Counted from the stretch's first letter, positions 31,511-41,868 are shown. The stretch is 57,063 nt of DNA from an uncultured Bacilli bacterium (GCA_947623665.1 CANQHJ010000001.1:1-57063), one strand, 5' to 3'. Notes: generated from the sequence alone by a model not told the origin. A program made the numbers and translations.

Positions 31511-31540
31511 AAAAAAAAGTTACATTTATTGCAACTTTTT
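31511..31540 (-). terminator. Terminator hairpin overlapping the comK stop codon
   Basis: On the minus strand AAAAGTTGCA pairs with TGTAACTTTT (one G-U pair, 5-nt loop containing the TAA stop), followed by TTTT. Confidence 0.55.
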
Positions 31541-32023
31541 TCTATTTCTTATAAGTGATTCTAATCTAGTTGCTCTAAGAAGTTGATTTTGAAAAGATCT
31601 ATATGAAACAGGTATAACTATCTGTGTATCATTTTCAAAAGTTACTCTAATACTATTACTAGATAATTCTTCATAATCTTTTACTTGTTTAGAAGCAATC
31701 CAAACACATTTAGGATCCTGAGGAGACACAGTTGGAAAAAATACTAAATTATTAGAATCCTCAACAACTATAGGTACTTTATATTCTACACCTAAAATTG
31801 ACTTTGCTCCTTCTTTTCTTCCTTCATAAGAACTTCCAAAATATTTACAACTTTCATCCATTATATCAAATGGAATCTTATTTACTACATACTCATTATC
31901 ATCTTCAAAAACTTTACTTGATGATTTCCTTACTGGAACTATTGCTAAAGTTCCTTCACTTACTTCATAATTCACTTTCTTTCCCCCTATCTTGAAAACA
32001 TGAGCTCTCGTTTTCAAAATCAT
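31526..32023 (-). CDS. comK: ComK-family competence transcription factor
   Basis: YEVSEGTLAIVP, MDESCKYFGSSYEGRKEGA, YKVPIVVEDSNNLVFFPTVSPQDPKCVWIA and VTFENDTQIVIPVSYRSFQNQLLRATRL align block for block with B. subtilis ComK (recalled sequence). Confidence 0.85.
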   Translation of the reverse strand: MILKTRAHVFKIGGKKVNYEVSEGTLAIVPVRKSSSKVFEDDNEYVVNKIPFDIMDESCKYFGSSYEGRKEGAKSILGVEYKVPIVVEDSNNLVFFPTVSPQDPKCVWIASKQVKDYEELSSNSIRVTFENDTQIVIPVSYRSFQNQLLRATRLESLIRNRKKLQ

Positions 32024-32085
32024 AATATCATAAGCAATTGTCGAAAAATAACGAATTTTGTCGTATTCATTAAAAAATTAAATTT

Positions 32086-32114
32086 CAAAAAAAAATACTA
32101 CAAAAATAGTATTT
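32086..32114 (-). terminator. Rho-independent terminator of dnaN
   Basis: AAATACTA pairs with TAGTATTT around a 6-nt loop, then a T-run of 7 or more on the minus strand. Confidence 0.7.
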
Positions 32115-33241
32115 TAATATGTACGAATTGGCAAAACCAATTGTGTTAAACTCTCATCATCTAAAGATTTAATAATAATAGGTTTTATTTCCCCTACAAA
32201 ATTTATTTCCACAGTTTTTGTTGAAAAAGCTTTAAGTGCTTCCATCATATATTTTGCACTAAAAGAAATTTTTATATTTTTTCCACTATCATTGTTAATT
32301 TCCATTTTTTCTTCTACTTTTCCTATTTCTGCTGCATGACTTCTAATATATAGTTCATTACCATCTGTTTCTAAAGTAACTATATTTTTTTCCTTATCAC
32401 TCATCAATATACTTGCCCTATCAACTACACTATAAAATTGGTCTAAATCAACATTTATATTAAAGAAATAATCTTTAGGAAGTAAATTAGTAGTATTAGG
32501 ATAAGTACCATTAATAATTCTTGATTGAAATTTTAAATTCTTGTTTTTAAATAACACTTTATTACTAAATATATGTATTTCAATCATTTCATTATTATCA
32601 TCTAATATCTTAAATAACTCCTCTAAGTTATGACTTGGAACAACAATATTAAAATTTTCATTTAATTCTTTATTTAATTTAACTATTTTTCTTGCTAAAC
32701 GATAAGAATCTGTAGAATTACACTCTAATATATTTCCCACAAAATTAAAATTAATACCCGTTAAAATAGGCTTAGTTTCTTCATGAGAAGATGCAAATGA
32801 CGTTTGCATTACTATTTGTTTTAAATCTTCATTAGTTATTTCAATTTTATCTTTACTTTCTTCTAACATTATATTTGGAAATTCAGATTCTACTATACCA
32901 TTCAAATTATAATCACTTTTTTCTGTATAAATTCTAATCTTAAATCCATCAATAACTTCTATATTAATTAATTTACTAGGTAATTTTCTTACTATATCTA
33001 ATATATATTTTCCTTGAACTATTATACTTCCCTCTTTTTCAATAGAAAAATCCTCATCATTTCCTTTAGGAATTTCTACTTGAATAGTAATATCATTATC
33101 AGATGCAGTAAGTAATAACCTCTTTTTATTCAATTCCATTTTAATCCCTGATAAAACAGGAATTAAATTTTTAGTAGATATTGCTTTCGATACTTTAACT
33201 AAAGCATCCACCATTAAATCTTTTTTTATTGTAAATTTCAT
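32114..33241 (-). CDS. dnaN: DNA polymerase III beta sliding clamp
   Basis: 375 aa. MKFTIKKDLMVDALVKVSKAISTKNLIPVLSGIKMEL and the C-terminal ...LVLPIRTY are typical of DnaN. Confidence 0.96.
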   Translation of the reverse strand: MKFTIKKDLMVDALVKVSKAISTKNLIPVLSGIKMELNKKRLLLTASDNDITIQVEIPKGNDEDFSIEKEGSIIVQGKYILDIVRKLPSKLINIEVIDGFKIRIYTEKSDYNLNGIVESEFPNIMLEESKDKIEITNEDLKQIVMQTSFASSHEETKPILTGINFNFVGNILECNSTDSYRLARKIVKLNKELNENFNIVVPSHNLEELFKILDDNNEMIEIHIFSNKVLFKNKNLKFQSRIINGTYPNTTNLLPKDYFFNINVDLDQFYSVVDRASILMSDKEKNIVTLETDGNELYIRSHAAEIGKVEEKMEINNDSGKNIKISFSAKYMMEALKAFSTKTVEINFVGEIKPIIIKSLDDESLTQLVLPIRTY

Positions 33242-33390
33242 ATATATACCTTCTTTCTTTTTTTATGATTATTCTTTATATTATTACTGTGGAAAAAGTT
33301 TAAAACTCTGTTTTCCATTATAAAACAACTAAATTATTAATATATTATTTGTGGAAAATAAGTGTATAAATTTTTATTTTCCACAATTAA
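33242..33390. promoter_or_regulatory. oriC part 2: dnaA-dnaN intergenic DnaA boxes plus an AT-rich unwinding region
   Basis: TGTGGAAAA at 33288-33296 and 33350-33358, and TTTTCCACA at 33377-33385. On the minus strand the last box is followed by G-TAATAATATAAAGAATAATCATAAAAAAA, an AT-rich run of TAR-like trinucleotides. Confidence 0.75.
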
Positions 33391-34767
33391 CTATTGAATA
33401 TCTTTTTTTAACTTTTCTATAATATTAACCAAATCAGTATTAACTTTTAATTCTTGTGCAATTTTCTCAACAGAATGCATTACAGTAGAATGATCTTTCC
33501 CACCAAATTCAGTTCCTATTTTAGGAAAAGATTCATCAGTAAGCTGTCTACATAAATACATTGCAATTTGTCTTGGAAAAGCAATATTTGCATTTCTTTT
33601 TTTACTTCTTATATCATCAACACTAATTTGAAAGTATTCGGAGACTATTTTTTGAATTCTATGAATATCATTTTTTTCATAAAGTCCTTTACTTATAAAA
33701 TCTTTTAAAGCCTCAATAGCCAAATCTAAATCAATCTTTGAACTTCCCATAATAGCTGAATAAGCAACAAGCCTTGTAATAGAACCTTCTAATTGTCTAA
33801 CGTCATTTCCCATATTAGAAGCAATATACTCAATAACATCTTCAGGAATTTCCTGTTTTATATTACCTGCTGCAATTTTCTTTCTTAAAATTTCTTTTCT
33901 TAATTTAAAGTCAGGAGGATCAATATTAACAGTAAGTCCCCAACAAAACCTAGTTTTTAACCTACTTTCTAACAATTTCAAATCATCTGGAGACCTATCA
34001 GAAGATATTATAATTTGTTTATTATTATCATGTAAACTAGTAAAAGTATGGAAAAATTCTTGTTGTGATTGAGTAGCTCTTCCTAGAAATTGTATATCAT
34101 CAATCATTAAAACATCAATATTTCTATATTTATTTTTAAAGAAATTGACGGAATCAAAGTTTGTACCATTATCATCTTTTTTATTAATACCAATAAAATC
34201 ATCAATAAATTGATCACTTGTAACATAAAGAACTTTTTTATTGCTATGTTCTACAATATAATTCCCCATTGCATGCATTAAATGAGTTTTCCCCAAGCCA
34301 CTGTTACCATATAAGAACAATGGATTATACATTTTTCCTGGATTTTCCGCAACAGAACAAGCTGCAGCTTGAGCAAATTTATTACTATCCCCTACTATAA
34401 AATTTTCAAAAGTATATTTTGGATTCAAATTATTTCTAGTAGGAGGAGAATTTAAGCCACTTGCTAATAATTCTTCTCTTAAATCTTCTGTTTTTTTAAC
34501 TTCCTCTTCTACCCGTTTTACTTCATCAGGCAAAAGAAATTCAATATCAAACTCTTCACCAGTAACATCTTCTAAAGTATTAATAATTAATTCTAAATAG
34601 TTATCAGCCAAATGTTTTTTATGAATAGACATAGGAACTAATATAGTTGCTTTACCATCTTTTAAACTATAAAGTTTAGTTTCCGCAAACCAAGTTTTAT
34701 ACGAAAGTGAAGTTAAATCTTGATTGATTTGCTTCAAAAAATTTGACCAAATTATTTCAACATTCAT
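33391..34767 (-). CDS. dnaA: Chromosomal replication initiator DnaA
   Basis: AAA+ motifs (NPLFLYGNSGLGKTHLMHA, LMIDDIQFL) and C-terminal DNA-binding domain IV (FGGKDHSTVMHSVEKI). Confidence 0.98.
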   Translation of the reverse strand: MNVEIIWSNFLKQINQDLTSLSYKTWFAETKLYSLKDGKATILVPMSIHKKHLADNYLELIINTLEDVTGEEFDIEFLLPDEVKRVEEEVKKTEDLREELLASGLNSPPTRNNLNPKYTFENFIVGDSNKFAQAAACSVAENPGKMYNPLFLYGNSGLGKTHLMHAMGNYIVEHSNKKVLYVTSDQFIDDFIGINKKDDNGTNFDSVNFFKNKYRNIDVLMIDDIQFLGRATQSQQEFFHTFTSLHDNNKQIIISSDRSPDDLKLLESRLKTRFCWGLTVNIDPPDFKLRKEILRKKIAAGNIKQEIPEDVIEYIASNMGNDVRQLEGSITRLVAYSAIMGSSKIDLDLAIEALKDFISKGLYEKNDIHRIQKIVSEYFQISVDDIRSKKRNANIAFPRQIAMYLCRQLTDESFPKIGTEFGGKDHSTVMHSVEKIAQELKVNTDLVNIIEKLKKDIQ

Positions 34768-35029
34768 CCTACCACTCCCCTATAAAGCAAAAATATAAAA
34801 GATAAATTTAGTTTAACTCATCTGAGGAAAAAGGTAAACAGTATATTTAAAAAAAATTTTATTCACAACTTTTCCTCAATTTTTTCCTCAAGTAAAATCT
34901 TTGTAATTAAAAGAAAAAAATATATTTTCCACAATTTCCACAAATTTTAATTCCCAATTGTGAAAAACAAAATCCACAAGACTGTGCAAACTGTTTAAAA
35001 AAATATTTTAACAAATTTTAATATATCAA
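34768..35029. promoter_or_regulatory. oriC part 1: DnaA-box cluster between dnaA and rpmH
   Basis: TTATTCACA 34859-34867, TTTTCCACA 34925-34933, ATTTCCACA 34934-34942, TGTGAAAAA 34959-34967 and AAATCCACA 34970-34978. Confidence 0.75.
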
Positions 35030-35059
35030 TTGACAAAAACATACTTTTTTTATTATAAT
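35030..35059 (+). promoter_or_regulatory. Consensus sigma-A promoter of rpmH (TTGACA, 18 nt, TATAAT)
   Basis: TTGACA at 35030-35035 and TATAAT at 35054-35059, about 30 nt upstream of the rpmH RBS GGAGG. Confidence 0.65.
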
Positions 35060-35090
35060 AATGGGGATTTATGACTGGAGGTGGACTATA

Positions 35091-35213
35091 ATGAAAAGAA
35101 CATATCAACCAAATAATAGAAAAAAAGCAAAGAAACATGGATTTTTTGCACGTAAGAAAACTAATATTTTAAATAGACGTCGTCGTAAAGGTCGTAAAAG
35201 ACTTTGCAAATAG
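35091..35213 (+). CDS. rpmH: 50S ribosomal protein L34
   Basis: Not in the ORF track (40 aa). Translation: [48 protein letters not shown]. Canonical position between oriC and rnpA. Confidence 0.93.
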   Translation: MKRTYQPNNRKKAKKHGFFARKKTNILNRRRRKGRKRLCK

Positions 35214-35215
35214 TA

Positions 35216-35240
35216 ACCCACTTTAAAAAAGTGGTTTTTT
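35216..35240 (+). terminator. Hairpin plus T6 after rpmH (terminator/attenuator before rnpA)
   Basis: CCACTTT pairs with AAAGTGG around a 3-nt loop, followed by TTTTTT. Confidence 0.6.
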
Positions 35241-35261
35241 ACTATTATAAAGAGGTGTCAT

Positions 35262-35594
35262 ATGAAAAAAAAATTTATTGTAAAAAGTAATCGTGAGTTT
35301 GACAATATAATAAAAACAGGAAAATTTAAAAAAAATAAACATTATATTATCTATTATAAAAAGAATAAATATGATTATAGTAGATTTGGAATTTCGGTTA
35401 GTAAAAAATTAGGCAATGCTGTTTTTAGAAATAGATATAAAAGAAAAATACGTAGTATTGTAGATAATTATAGAAAAGTTATTCCAAATAACTCTGATTA
35501 TGTTATAATAATGAGAAGAGACATGGTTAATCTATCATATAAAGAAATGGAAAAATCATTCGAAAAAATAATGGAATATATAATGAAAGGATAA
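35262..35594 (+). CDS. rnpA: Ribonuclease P protein component
   Basis: 110-aa basic protein with RFGISVSKKLGNAVFRNRYKRKIR (RNR motif region). Position matches other bacteria. Confidence 0.92.
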   Translation: MKKKFIVKSNREFDNIIKTGKFKKNKHYIIYYKKNKYDYSRFGISVSKKLGNAVFRNRYKRKIRSIVDNYRKVIPNNSDYVIIMRRDMVNLSYKEMEKSFEKIMEYIMKG

Positions 35595-35599
35595 TATAT

Positions 35600-36547
35600 A
35601 TGAAAAAAAACAAAAGTAAAAAAATTGTAATTCTCATAATATTGCTAATGTCTGTATGTTTTATTTCAACAGGTTGTACAAAAACATTAATAGATAAAAA
35701 TAATAAAGCAGTAAAAAATGAAGTTACAGGTCAAAACTTAACGGAGAATATTCTTTGTAAGCCAACAAATAAAGAAACAATAAAAGCTTATGAAAAAAAT
35801 AAAGTAAATTTAAAAAAATTACCAGATTGTAAAAATTTTAAAATTACATCAGGAAAATATGAAGGATTATGGACTACATTTTTTATAAAACCACTAGCAT
35901 ATATCTTAATTCTTTTAGGAAAGTCAGTAAATAGTTATGCTATTTCCTTAATTATTATAAGTTTACTTATAAGATTATTACTTTATCCAGTAACTAAAAA
36001 AACTGCAATGCAATCAGAGCTTATGAAAAAAGCTCAACCAGAACTTAATCGTATTCAAAACAAATATAAAGGAAAAGAAGATCAAGAATCAATGATGCGC
36101 CAAAGTCAAGAAATGATGGCAGTATATAAAAAATATAATATGAATCCTATGTCTGGATGTTTATTTTCATTTATACAACTACCACTTTTAATAGCATTTT
36201 TTGAAGCAGTACAAAGAACACCCGCAATATTTGAGGATAAATTTTTATCACTACAAATGGGAACAACACCAATGGTTGGATTTGGAACAAGTTCTTGCGC
36301 TATATACTTAATTTTAGCAATTCTGATAGGTGGAACAACATTCTTTGCATTTAAAATGAATATGTCAGGTAACACATTAGATGACAGTATGAAATCTATG
36401 CCGATTGTTATGACAGGTATAATTACAATAACAGGTATATTTATGCCAAGTGCTTTAGGTATCTATTGGGTAACTACTAATATATTTACAATTTTCCAAA
36501 ATGAAATGGTTAAAAGGAGTAAGAAAAATGAAAAAAGAAAGATATAG
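35600..36547 (+). CDS. yidC: Membrane protein insertase YidC/SpoIIIJ (lipoprotein type)
   Basis: Lipobox in LLMSVCFISTGC. The 60-kDa-IMP core has the motifs PL...KT...M..LQPE and YK.Y..NP..GCLP-like (here NPMSGCL). Confidence 0.92.
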   Translation: MKKNKSKKIVILIILLMSVCFISTGCTKTLIDKNNKAVKNEVTGQNLTENILCKPTNKETIKAYEKNKVNLKKLPDCKNFKITSGKYEGLWTTFFIKPLAYILILLGKSVNSYAISLIIISLLIRLLLYPVTKKTAMQSELMKKAQPELNRIQNKYKGKEDQESMMRQSQEMMAVYKKYNMNPMSGCLFSFIQLPLLIAFFEAVQRTPAIFEDKFLSLQMGTTPMVGFGTSSCAIYLILAILIGGTTFFAFKMNMSGNTLDDSMKSMPIVMTGIITITGIFMPSALGIYWVTTNIFTIFQNEMVKRSKKNEKRKI

Positions 36548-37139
36548 TGCTAAAACAAAAGAAGAAGCAATTAAAAATGCAACAATTGACTTACAAGAAT
36601 TAGAAGAAAATTTAATTATAATAGAAAAAGAAAGTAAGCAAGGACTTTTCAGTAAAAAAGTAGAGATAGAAGTTATTGAAAAAAGAGATGTAGTAGAATT
36701 TATAAAAATGTATCTACAAGGGTTAATCAAAGATATGGGAATTGAAGCAAATATAGAAGTAAAAAATAGTAATGAAGTCCCTACATATTCAATTTATTCA
36801 GATAATGATGCACTATTAATTGGTAAAAATGGAAAGAATTTAAAAGCATTATCAATAATAACTGCTAATGTAGTAAAAAAAGAATTAGGTATGCCATTTA
36901 AATTCTTATTAGATGTAAGTGATTATAAAGAAAAAAGAGAACGACAACTAGTAAGACTTGCAAGAAATATAGCAAGAGAAGTAAAAGAATCTAAAATAGA
37001 AGCTCAAATGGATTCGATGAATTCATACGAAAGAAGAATAGTTCATAATGCACTTACTAACAATAAATATGTGTATACAGAAAGTACTGGAGAAGAACCA
37101 AACAGAAGAGTAGTTATAAAGCCAAAAGAGGATAAATAA
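36528..37139 (+). CDS. jag: RNA-binding protein Jag/KhpB (KH plus R3H)
   Basis: Jag N-domain, KH (LLIGKNGKNLKAL) and R3H (MNSYERRIVHNAL). The ATG at 36528 follows AAAGGAG; the track ORF starts earlier, inside yidC. Confidence 0.9.
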   Translation: MKKERYSAKTKEEAIKNATIDLQELEENLIIIEKESKQGLFSKKVEIEVIEKRDVVEFIKMYLQGLIKDMGIEANIEVKNSNEVPTYSIYSDNDALLIGKNGKNLKALSIITANVVKKELGMPFKFLLDVSDYKEKRERQLVRLARNIAREVKESKIEAQMDSMNSYERRIVHNALTNNKYVYTESTGEEPNRRVVIKPKEDK

Positions 37140-37213
37140 ATCTTCTTTTTTTCTTATAAAAAATATGTTATAATATCCTCGCAAGAAATAAAAAGGTCTA
37201 AGGAAGTGATAAA

Positions 37214-38566
37214 ATGAATGATACAATTGCTGCTATTTCAACAAGCTTAGGAGTAGGAGCTATATCAATTATTAGAGTAAGTGGAAATGATTCTATAAAA
37301 ATAGTAAATAACTTTTTTGATGGAAAAGATTTGAACAAAGTAGAAAGTCATACTATAAATTATGGATATATAAAAAATAATAATGAAATAATAGATGAAG
37401 TATTAATATCAGTAATGAAAGCACCAAAAACATTTACAAGAGAAGATATAGTAGAAATAAACTGTCATGGTGGAATAATGAGTACAAATAAAATATTAGA
37501 ACTTCTTTTAACAACAGATATTCGTCTTGCTGAACCAGGAGAATTCACAAAAAGAGCTTTTTTAAATGGAAGGATAGACTTAACTCAAAGTGAAGCCATT
37601 ATGGATTTAATAGAAAGTAAAAGTGAAGAAGCAAGAAAATTAGCAGTAGACCAATTATCAGGAAAAACTTCCAACTTAATAAAAAAATTTAGAGAAGAAC
37701 TAAAAGATATTATTTCAAATATAGAAGTAAATATAGATTACCCAGAATATCAAGATATAGAAGAGTTCACCAAAGAAAAAATGCAAAAAACTTTACCACA
37801 ATTAAAAGAAAAACTAACTAATTTATTAGAAAAATCTCAAAATATGAATATCATAAAAGATGGTATAAAAACAGTTATAGTAGGAAAACCAAATGTAGGA
37901 AAAAGTAGTATTCTAAATTTATTTTTAGAACATGATAAAGCAATAGTAACAGATATACCAGGAACTACAAGAGATATAGTAGAAGGGGAAGTATATTTAA
38001 ATGGAATGCTACTTAATATGATAGATACCGCAGGAATTAGAGAAAGTAGTGATAAAGTAGAAAACATCGGAGTTAAAAAAAGTATAGAATTAATTCAAGA
38101 TGCTGATTTAGTAATATTAGTACTGGATTCATCAAAAGAATTAGAAAAAGAAGATTATGAAATAATCGATAAATTAAAAAATAAAAAATATATTACAGTT
38201 TTAAATAAAAACGATTTAAAGCAAAAAATAAATATTAAAGAAAAGTTAGAAAATATAGTATCAACAAACACAAATAGTGAACAAGGAATAATAGATTTAC
38301 AAAATAAAATAAAAGAATTATTTGATTTAGAAGAAATATCTAAAAAAGATTATAATTATTTAACCAACACAAGACAATTAACTCTTGTAAAAAAAGCAAT
38401 TAAGAGTTTAACAGAAGCAGAAAAAGCCCTTAAAAATGGACTACCAATAGATATAATAGAAGTAAATATCAAAGAAGCATTTGATTTACTAGGAGAAATA
38501 ATAGGTGAGGTATATGATGAAGAAATATTAGATCACTTATTTGAAAATTTCTGTGTTGGAAAATAG
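37214..38566 (+). CDS. mnmE: tRNA modification GTPase MnmE
   Basis: [23 protein letters not shown]-domain motif GKPNVGKSS and the C-terminal FCVGK. Confidence 0.97.
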   Translation: MNDTIAAISTSLGVGAISIIRVSGNDSIKIVNNFFDGKDLNKVESHTINYGYIKNNNEIIDEVLISVMKAPKTFTREDIVEINCHGGIMSTNKILELLLTTDIRLAEPGEFTKRAFLNGRIDLTQSEAIMDLIESKSEEARKLAVDQLSGKTSNLIKKFREELKDIISNIEVNIDYPEYQDIEEFTKEKMQKTLPQLKEKLTNLLEKSQNMNIIKDGIKTVIVGKPNVGKSSILNLFLEHDKAIVTDIPGTTRDIVEGEVYLNGMLLNMIDTAGIRESSDKVENIGVKKSIELIQDADLVILVLDSSKELEKEDYEIIDKLKNKKYITVLNKNDLKQKINIKEKLENIVSTNTNSEQGIIDLQNKIKELFDLEEISKKDYNYLTNTRQLTLVKKAIKSLTEAEKALKNGLPIDIIEVNIKEAFDLLGEIIGEVYDEEILDHLFENFCVGK

Positions 38567-38577
38567 GAAGTGATATT

Positions 38578-40434
38578 ATGAAATATGAAGTAATAGTAGT
38601 AGGAGGAGGGCATGCTGGATGTGAAGCATCATTAGCCTCTTCTCGTATGGGACATAAAACATTATTAATAACAGGAAATATTAAAAATATTGCTGATATG
38701 CCATGTAATCCATCAATTGGAGGGCCTGCTAAAGGTATAGTTGTAAGAGAAATAGATGCCTTAGGAGGAGAAATGGGAAAAAATGCAGATAAAGGCTCTA
38801 TCCAAATGAAAATGTTAAACACAAAAAAAGGACCTGCAGTAAGAGCTCTAAGAGCCCAAGCAGATAAAATAACATACCCAAAAGAAATGTTAAAAACCCT
38901 AAAAAAAGAGAAAAATTTAACAATAAAAGAAGCAATGGTAGAAGATTTAATAGTAGAAGACAAAAAAATAAAAGGTGTAATACTTGCAAATAATGAAAAA
39001 ATTCTATCAGATGCTGTAATATTAACAACAGGAACTTATCTAAAAGGACAAGTGCTAGTAGGCAGTAAAAAAACAAGTAGTGGTCCACATGGTGAAAAAC
39101 CAAGTCTTCATTTAAGTGATAAACTAAAAGAATTAGGATTTACTATATTAAGATTAAAAACAGGAACCCCACCAAGACTAGAAAAATCATCAATTGATTA
39201 TACACAAACTAGTCTAGAACCTGGAGATAATGAAGTACATAATTTTTCTTTCTATGAAAAAAAAGAATATGACCCAGAAAAACAAACTCCATGTCATTTA
39301 ATATATACAAATGAAAAAACACACCAAATAATAAATGAACATTTAGATGAATCAAGTATGTATGGAGGATATGTAGAAGGAGTAGGTCCAAGATATTGTC
39401 CATCTATAGAAGATAAAGTAGTAAGATTTAAAGATAAAAATCGTCATCAATTATTTTTAGAACCAGAAAGCCTTTATTATGATGATATATATCTACAAGG
39501 TTTTTCAACTAGTATGCCTCACTATGTCCAAGAACAAATGGTACACAGTCTTAAAGGTTTAGAAAATGCTAAAATATTAAAATATGCTTATGCTATTGAA
39601 TATGATGCTATAAATTCTAGACAATTAAAACAAAGCCTAGAAAGTAAATTAGTAGAAGGTTTATACACGGCTGGACAAATAAATGGAACAAGTGGTTATG
39701 AAGAAGCCGCAGGACAAGGACTAATTGCAGGAATTAATGCTTCATTAAAATTAGAAGGAAAAGCACCATTAATCCTAAAAAGAAATGAATCATATATTGG
39801 AGTTTTAATAGATGACTTAACAACAAAAGGAGTAAGAGATCCTTATAGATTATTAACATCACGTGCTGAATATAGACTACTTCTTCGTCATGACAATGCT
39901 GATTTAAGACTTAGTGAATATGGTCATCAAGTAGGATTATTAAAAGGAGAATATTATAATAAATTCAAGAAAAAGAAACAAGAAATAAAAGAGTTAATAG
40001 AATTCTTAAAAAATAATAAAATAACTCCAAAAAAAGAAGTAAATGAATACTTAAAATCAATACCAACACCAGAATTAAAAGATGGTATAACACTATATGA
40101 TTTGTTAAAGAGACCAGAAATTACAATAGAAAACTTAAAACATTTTTATTCTTTAGAATATCCTAAAGAAGTAATAGAACAAGTAGAAATAAATATAAAA
40201 TATGAAGGATACATTAAAAAAAGTAAAAAAGAAGCAGAAAGAATGTTAGAATTAGAAAATAAATTAATACCTACTGATATAGATTATGAAAAAATTCCAA
40301 ATATAGCTAGTGAAGCAAAACAAAAATTATCAGAAATAAGACCAACTTCAATTGGACAAGCATCTCGTATTAGTGGAGTAAATCCAGCAGATATTTCTAT
40401 TTTAATGGTTTACCTAAGAAAGAGGGAAAAATAA
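38578..40434 (+). CDS. mnmG: tRNA uridine 5-carboxymethylaminomethyl modification enzyme MnmG
   Basis: FAD motif in [15 protein letters not shown]. Full-length GidA-like sequence of 618 aa. Confidence 0.97.
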   Translation: MKYEVIVVGGGHAGCEASLASSRMGHKTLLITGNIKNIADMPCNPSIGGPAKGIVVREIDALGGEMGKNADKGSIQMKMLNTKKGPAVRALRAQADKITYPKEMLKTLKKEKNLTIKEAMVEDLIVEDKKIKGVILANNEKILSDAVILTTGTYLKGQVLVGSKKTSSGPHGEKPSLHLSDKLKELGFTILRLKTGTPPRLEKSSIDYTQTSLEPGDNEVHNFSFYEKKEYDPEKQTPCHLIYTNEKTHQIINEHLDESSMYGGYVEGVGPRYCPSIEDKVVRFKDKNRHQLFLEPESLYYDDIYLQGFSTSMPHYVQEQMVHSLKGLENAKILKYAYAIEYDAINSRQLKQSLESKLVEGLYTAGQINGTSGYEEAAGQGLIAGINASLKLEGKAPLILKRNESYIGVLIDDLTTKGVRDPYRLLTSRAEYRLLLRHDNADLRLSEYGHQVGLLKGEYYNKFKKKKQEIKELIEFLKNNKITPKKEVNEYLKSIPTPELKDGITLYDLLKRPEITIENLKHFYSLEYPKEVIEQVEINIKYEGYIKKSKKEAERMLELENKLIPTDIDYEKIPNIASEAKQKLSEIRPTSIGQASRISGVNPADISILMVYLRKREK

Positions 40435-41078
40435 TGACTTGGGATGAATTTATAGAAGAGACAAAAAAATTAGGGATTAATATAAATAAAGAGCAAGAAG
40501 AAAAACTAAAAAAATTTTCTAAATTACTTACAGAATGGAATAAAAGAATAAATCTCACCAGAATTACAGAAGAAAATGAAATTTATGAAAAACATTTTTA
40601 TGATAGCCTAACTCTTTCAAAAGTTGTTTCTCTAAAAGAAGAAAAAACTCTATTAGATATAGGAACAGGAGCAGGTTTTCCAGGAATTGTACTAAAGATA
40701 TGTTATCCAAATTTAAAAATAACACTAATAGATTCTCTTTTAAAAAGAGTAAATTATTTAAACGAAATAATAAAAGAACTAGATTTAAAAGAAATAGAAG
40801 CCATTCATACTAGAGCAGAATTCTACAAACAAGAAAATAAAAAGTTTGATATTGTAACATCACGTGCAGTTGCTAAACTCCCTAAACTTCTAAATTATGC
40901 ATTACCTTTCTTAAAAAAAGAAGGAATATTTGTTGCTATGAAAGCAAGTGTAGAAGAAGAGATAAAAGATTCTCAAAAAATATTAAATCAAAAAAATTAT
41001 CAAATAACACAAATAAAAACATTTACTTTGCCAAAAGAAAAAAGTTTAAGAAACTTAGTAGTAATTCAAAGAAAATAA
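40434..41078 (+). CDS. rsmG: 16S rRNA (guanine527-N7)-methyltransferase RsmG
   Basis: NLTRITEENEIYEKHFYDSL and SAM motif LLDIGTGAGFPGI. Confidence 0.95.
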   Translation: MTWDEFIEETKKLGININKEQEEKLKKFSKLLTEWNKRINLTRITEENEIYEKHFYDSLTLSKVVSLKEEKTLLDIGTGAGFPGIVLKICYPNLKITLIDSLLKRVNYLNEIIKELDLKEIEAIHTRAEFYKQENKKFDIVTSRAVAKLPKLLNYALPFLKKEGIFVAMKASVEEEIKDSQKILNQKNYQITQIKTFTLPKEKSLRNLVVIQRK

Positions 41079-41127
41079 TAGTTCTCAAAAAAAACTTTCC
41101 TCATACAATAAAGTAGGAGGAAAAAAC

Positions 41128-41418
41128 ATGGACAATAAAGAAAATATTAGTAATTATAATCATGGTGTAAATTTAGTAGAAAGAAAAAATTTAGTTATAT
41201 CAGGAGTAAAAAAAATAGAAAACTTTGATAAAGAACAATTTTTAATCGAAACAGTAATGGGAATGTTATTAATAAAAGGAGAAGACTTAATATTGATTAA
41301 ATTAGATACATTACAAGGTTCTCTTGCTATAAAAGGAATGGTAAAAAGTCTTTCATATCTAGAAGAAAATAAATTCAAAGATAAAGAAAATAGTATTTTT
41401 AATAGGTTATTTAAATAA
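41128..41418 (+). CDS. yabP: Sporulation protein YabP
   Basis: NLVISGVKKIENFDKEQFLIETVMGMLLIKGEDL parallels B. subtilis YabP ...LEISGVKQVESFDNEEFLLETVMG... (recalled). Confidence 0.88.
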   Translation: MDNKENISNYNHGVNLVERKNLVISGVKKIENFDKEQFLIETVMGMLLIKGEDLILIKLDTLQGSLAIKGMVKSLSYLEENKFKDKENSIFNRLFK

Positions 41419-41732
41419 TGAATTTAAAACTACAAATAATATCTATCATAGTATCCTTAATTTATGGATATATTTTCTCATGTTTAGTTAACATTAATTA
41501 TAAATTTCTTTTTTCAAAAGTACTATGGTTCAAAATAATAATGAATATTATTTTCATAATAGATTGTGGACTTATATATTTTATAATCATTAAATATATA
41601 AATAATGGTTATATACACTATTATTTATATATAATGATAATAATAGGATTTTCTTTAGGATTTATAAAAACTACATTTTTAAGAAAATTAATTCCAAATA
41701 TTTATAGAAAACTAAAAAGACAAAAGCTCTAA
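41418..41732 (+). CDS. yabQ: Spore cortex biosynthesis protein YabQ
   Basis: 104-aa, 3-TM protein. Its start overlaps the yabP stop (TAATG). The yabP-yabQ-divIC order matches Bacillus. Confidence 0.65.
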   Translation: MNLKLQIISIIVSLIYGYIFSCLVNINYKFLFSKVLWFKIIMNIIFIIDCGLIYFIIIKYINNGYIHYYLYIMIIIGFSLGFIKTTFLRKLIPNIYRKLKRQKL

Positions 41733-41747
41733 ATTTCTAGAGTTTTT
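41722..41747 (+). terminator. Weak terminator after yabQ
   Basis: GCTCTA pairs with TAGAGT (6 bp, one G-U pair), followed by TTTTTT. Confidence 0.4.
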
Positions 41748-41813
41748 TTAAGTTTTATAAATAAAGCATCTGTAAAATCACCGTAAACAAACAAAAAAAG
41801 ACTATTTTCTTTC

Positions 41814-41841
41814 TTGTATAAACTTGTTATAGTGCTATAAT
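41814..41841 (+). promoter_or_regulatory. Sigma-A promoter of divIC (TTGTAT, 16 nt, TGcTATAAT)
   Basis: -35 box at 41814-41819 and extended -10 box TGCTATAAT ending at 41841. Confidence 0.5.
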
Positions 41842-41868
41842 ATATGTTAGAAAGGTAGGCAAAGATTT

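Noticed and set aside
38469-39403. Minus-strand ORFs of 164, 101 and 64 aa inside mnmG
   Set aside because: They are low-complexity antisense shadows (poly-Leu/Phe) within a clearly intact, conserved mnmG.
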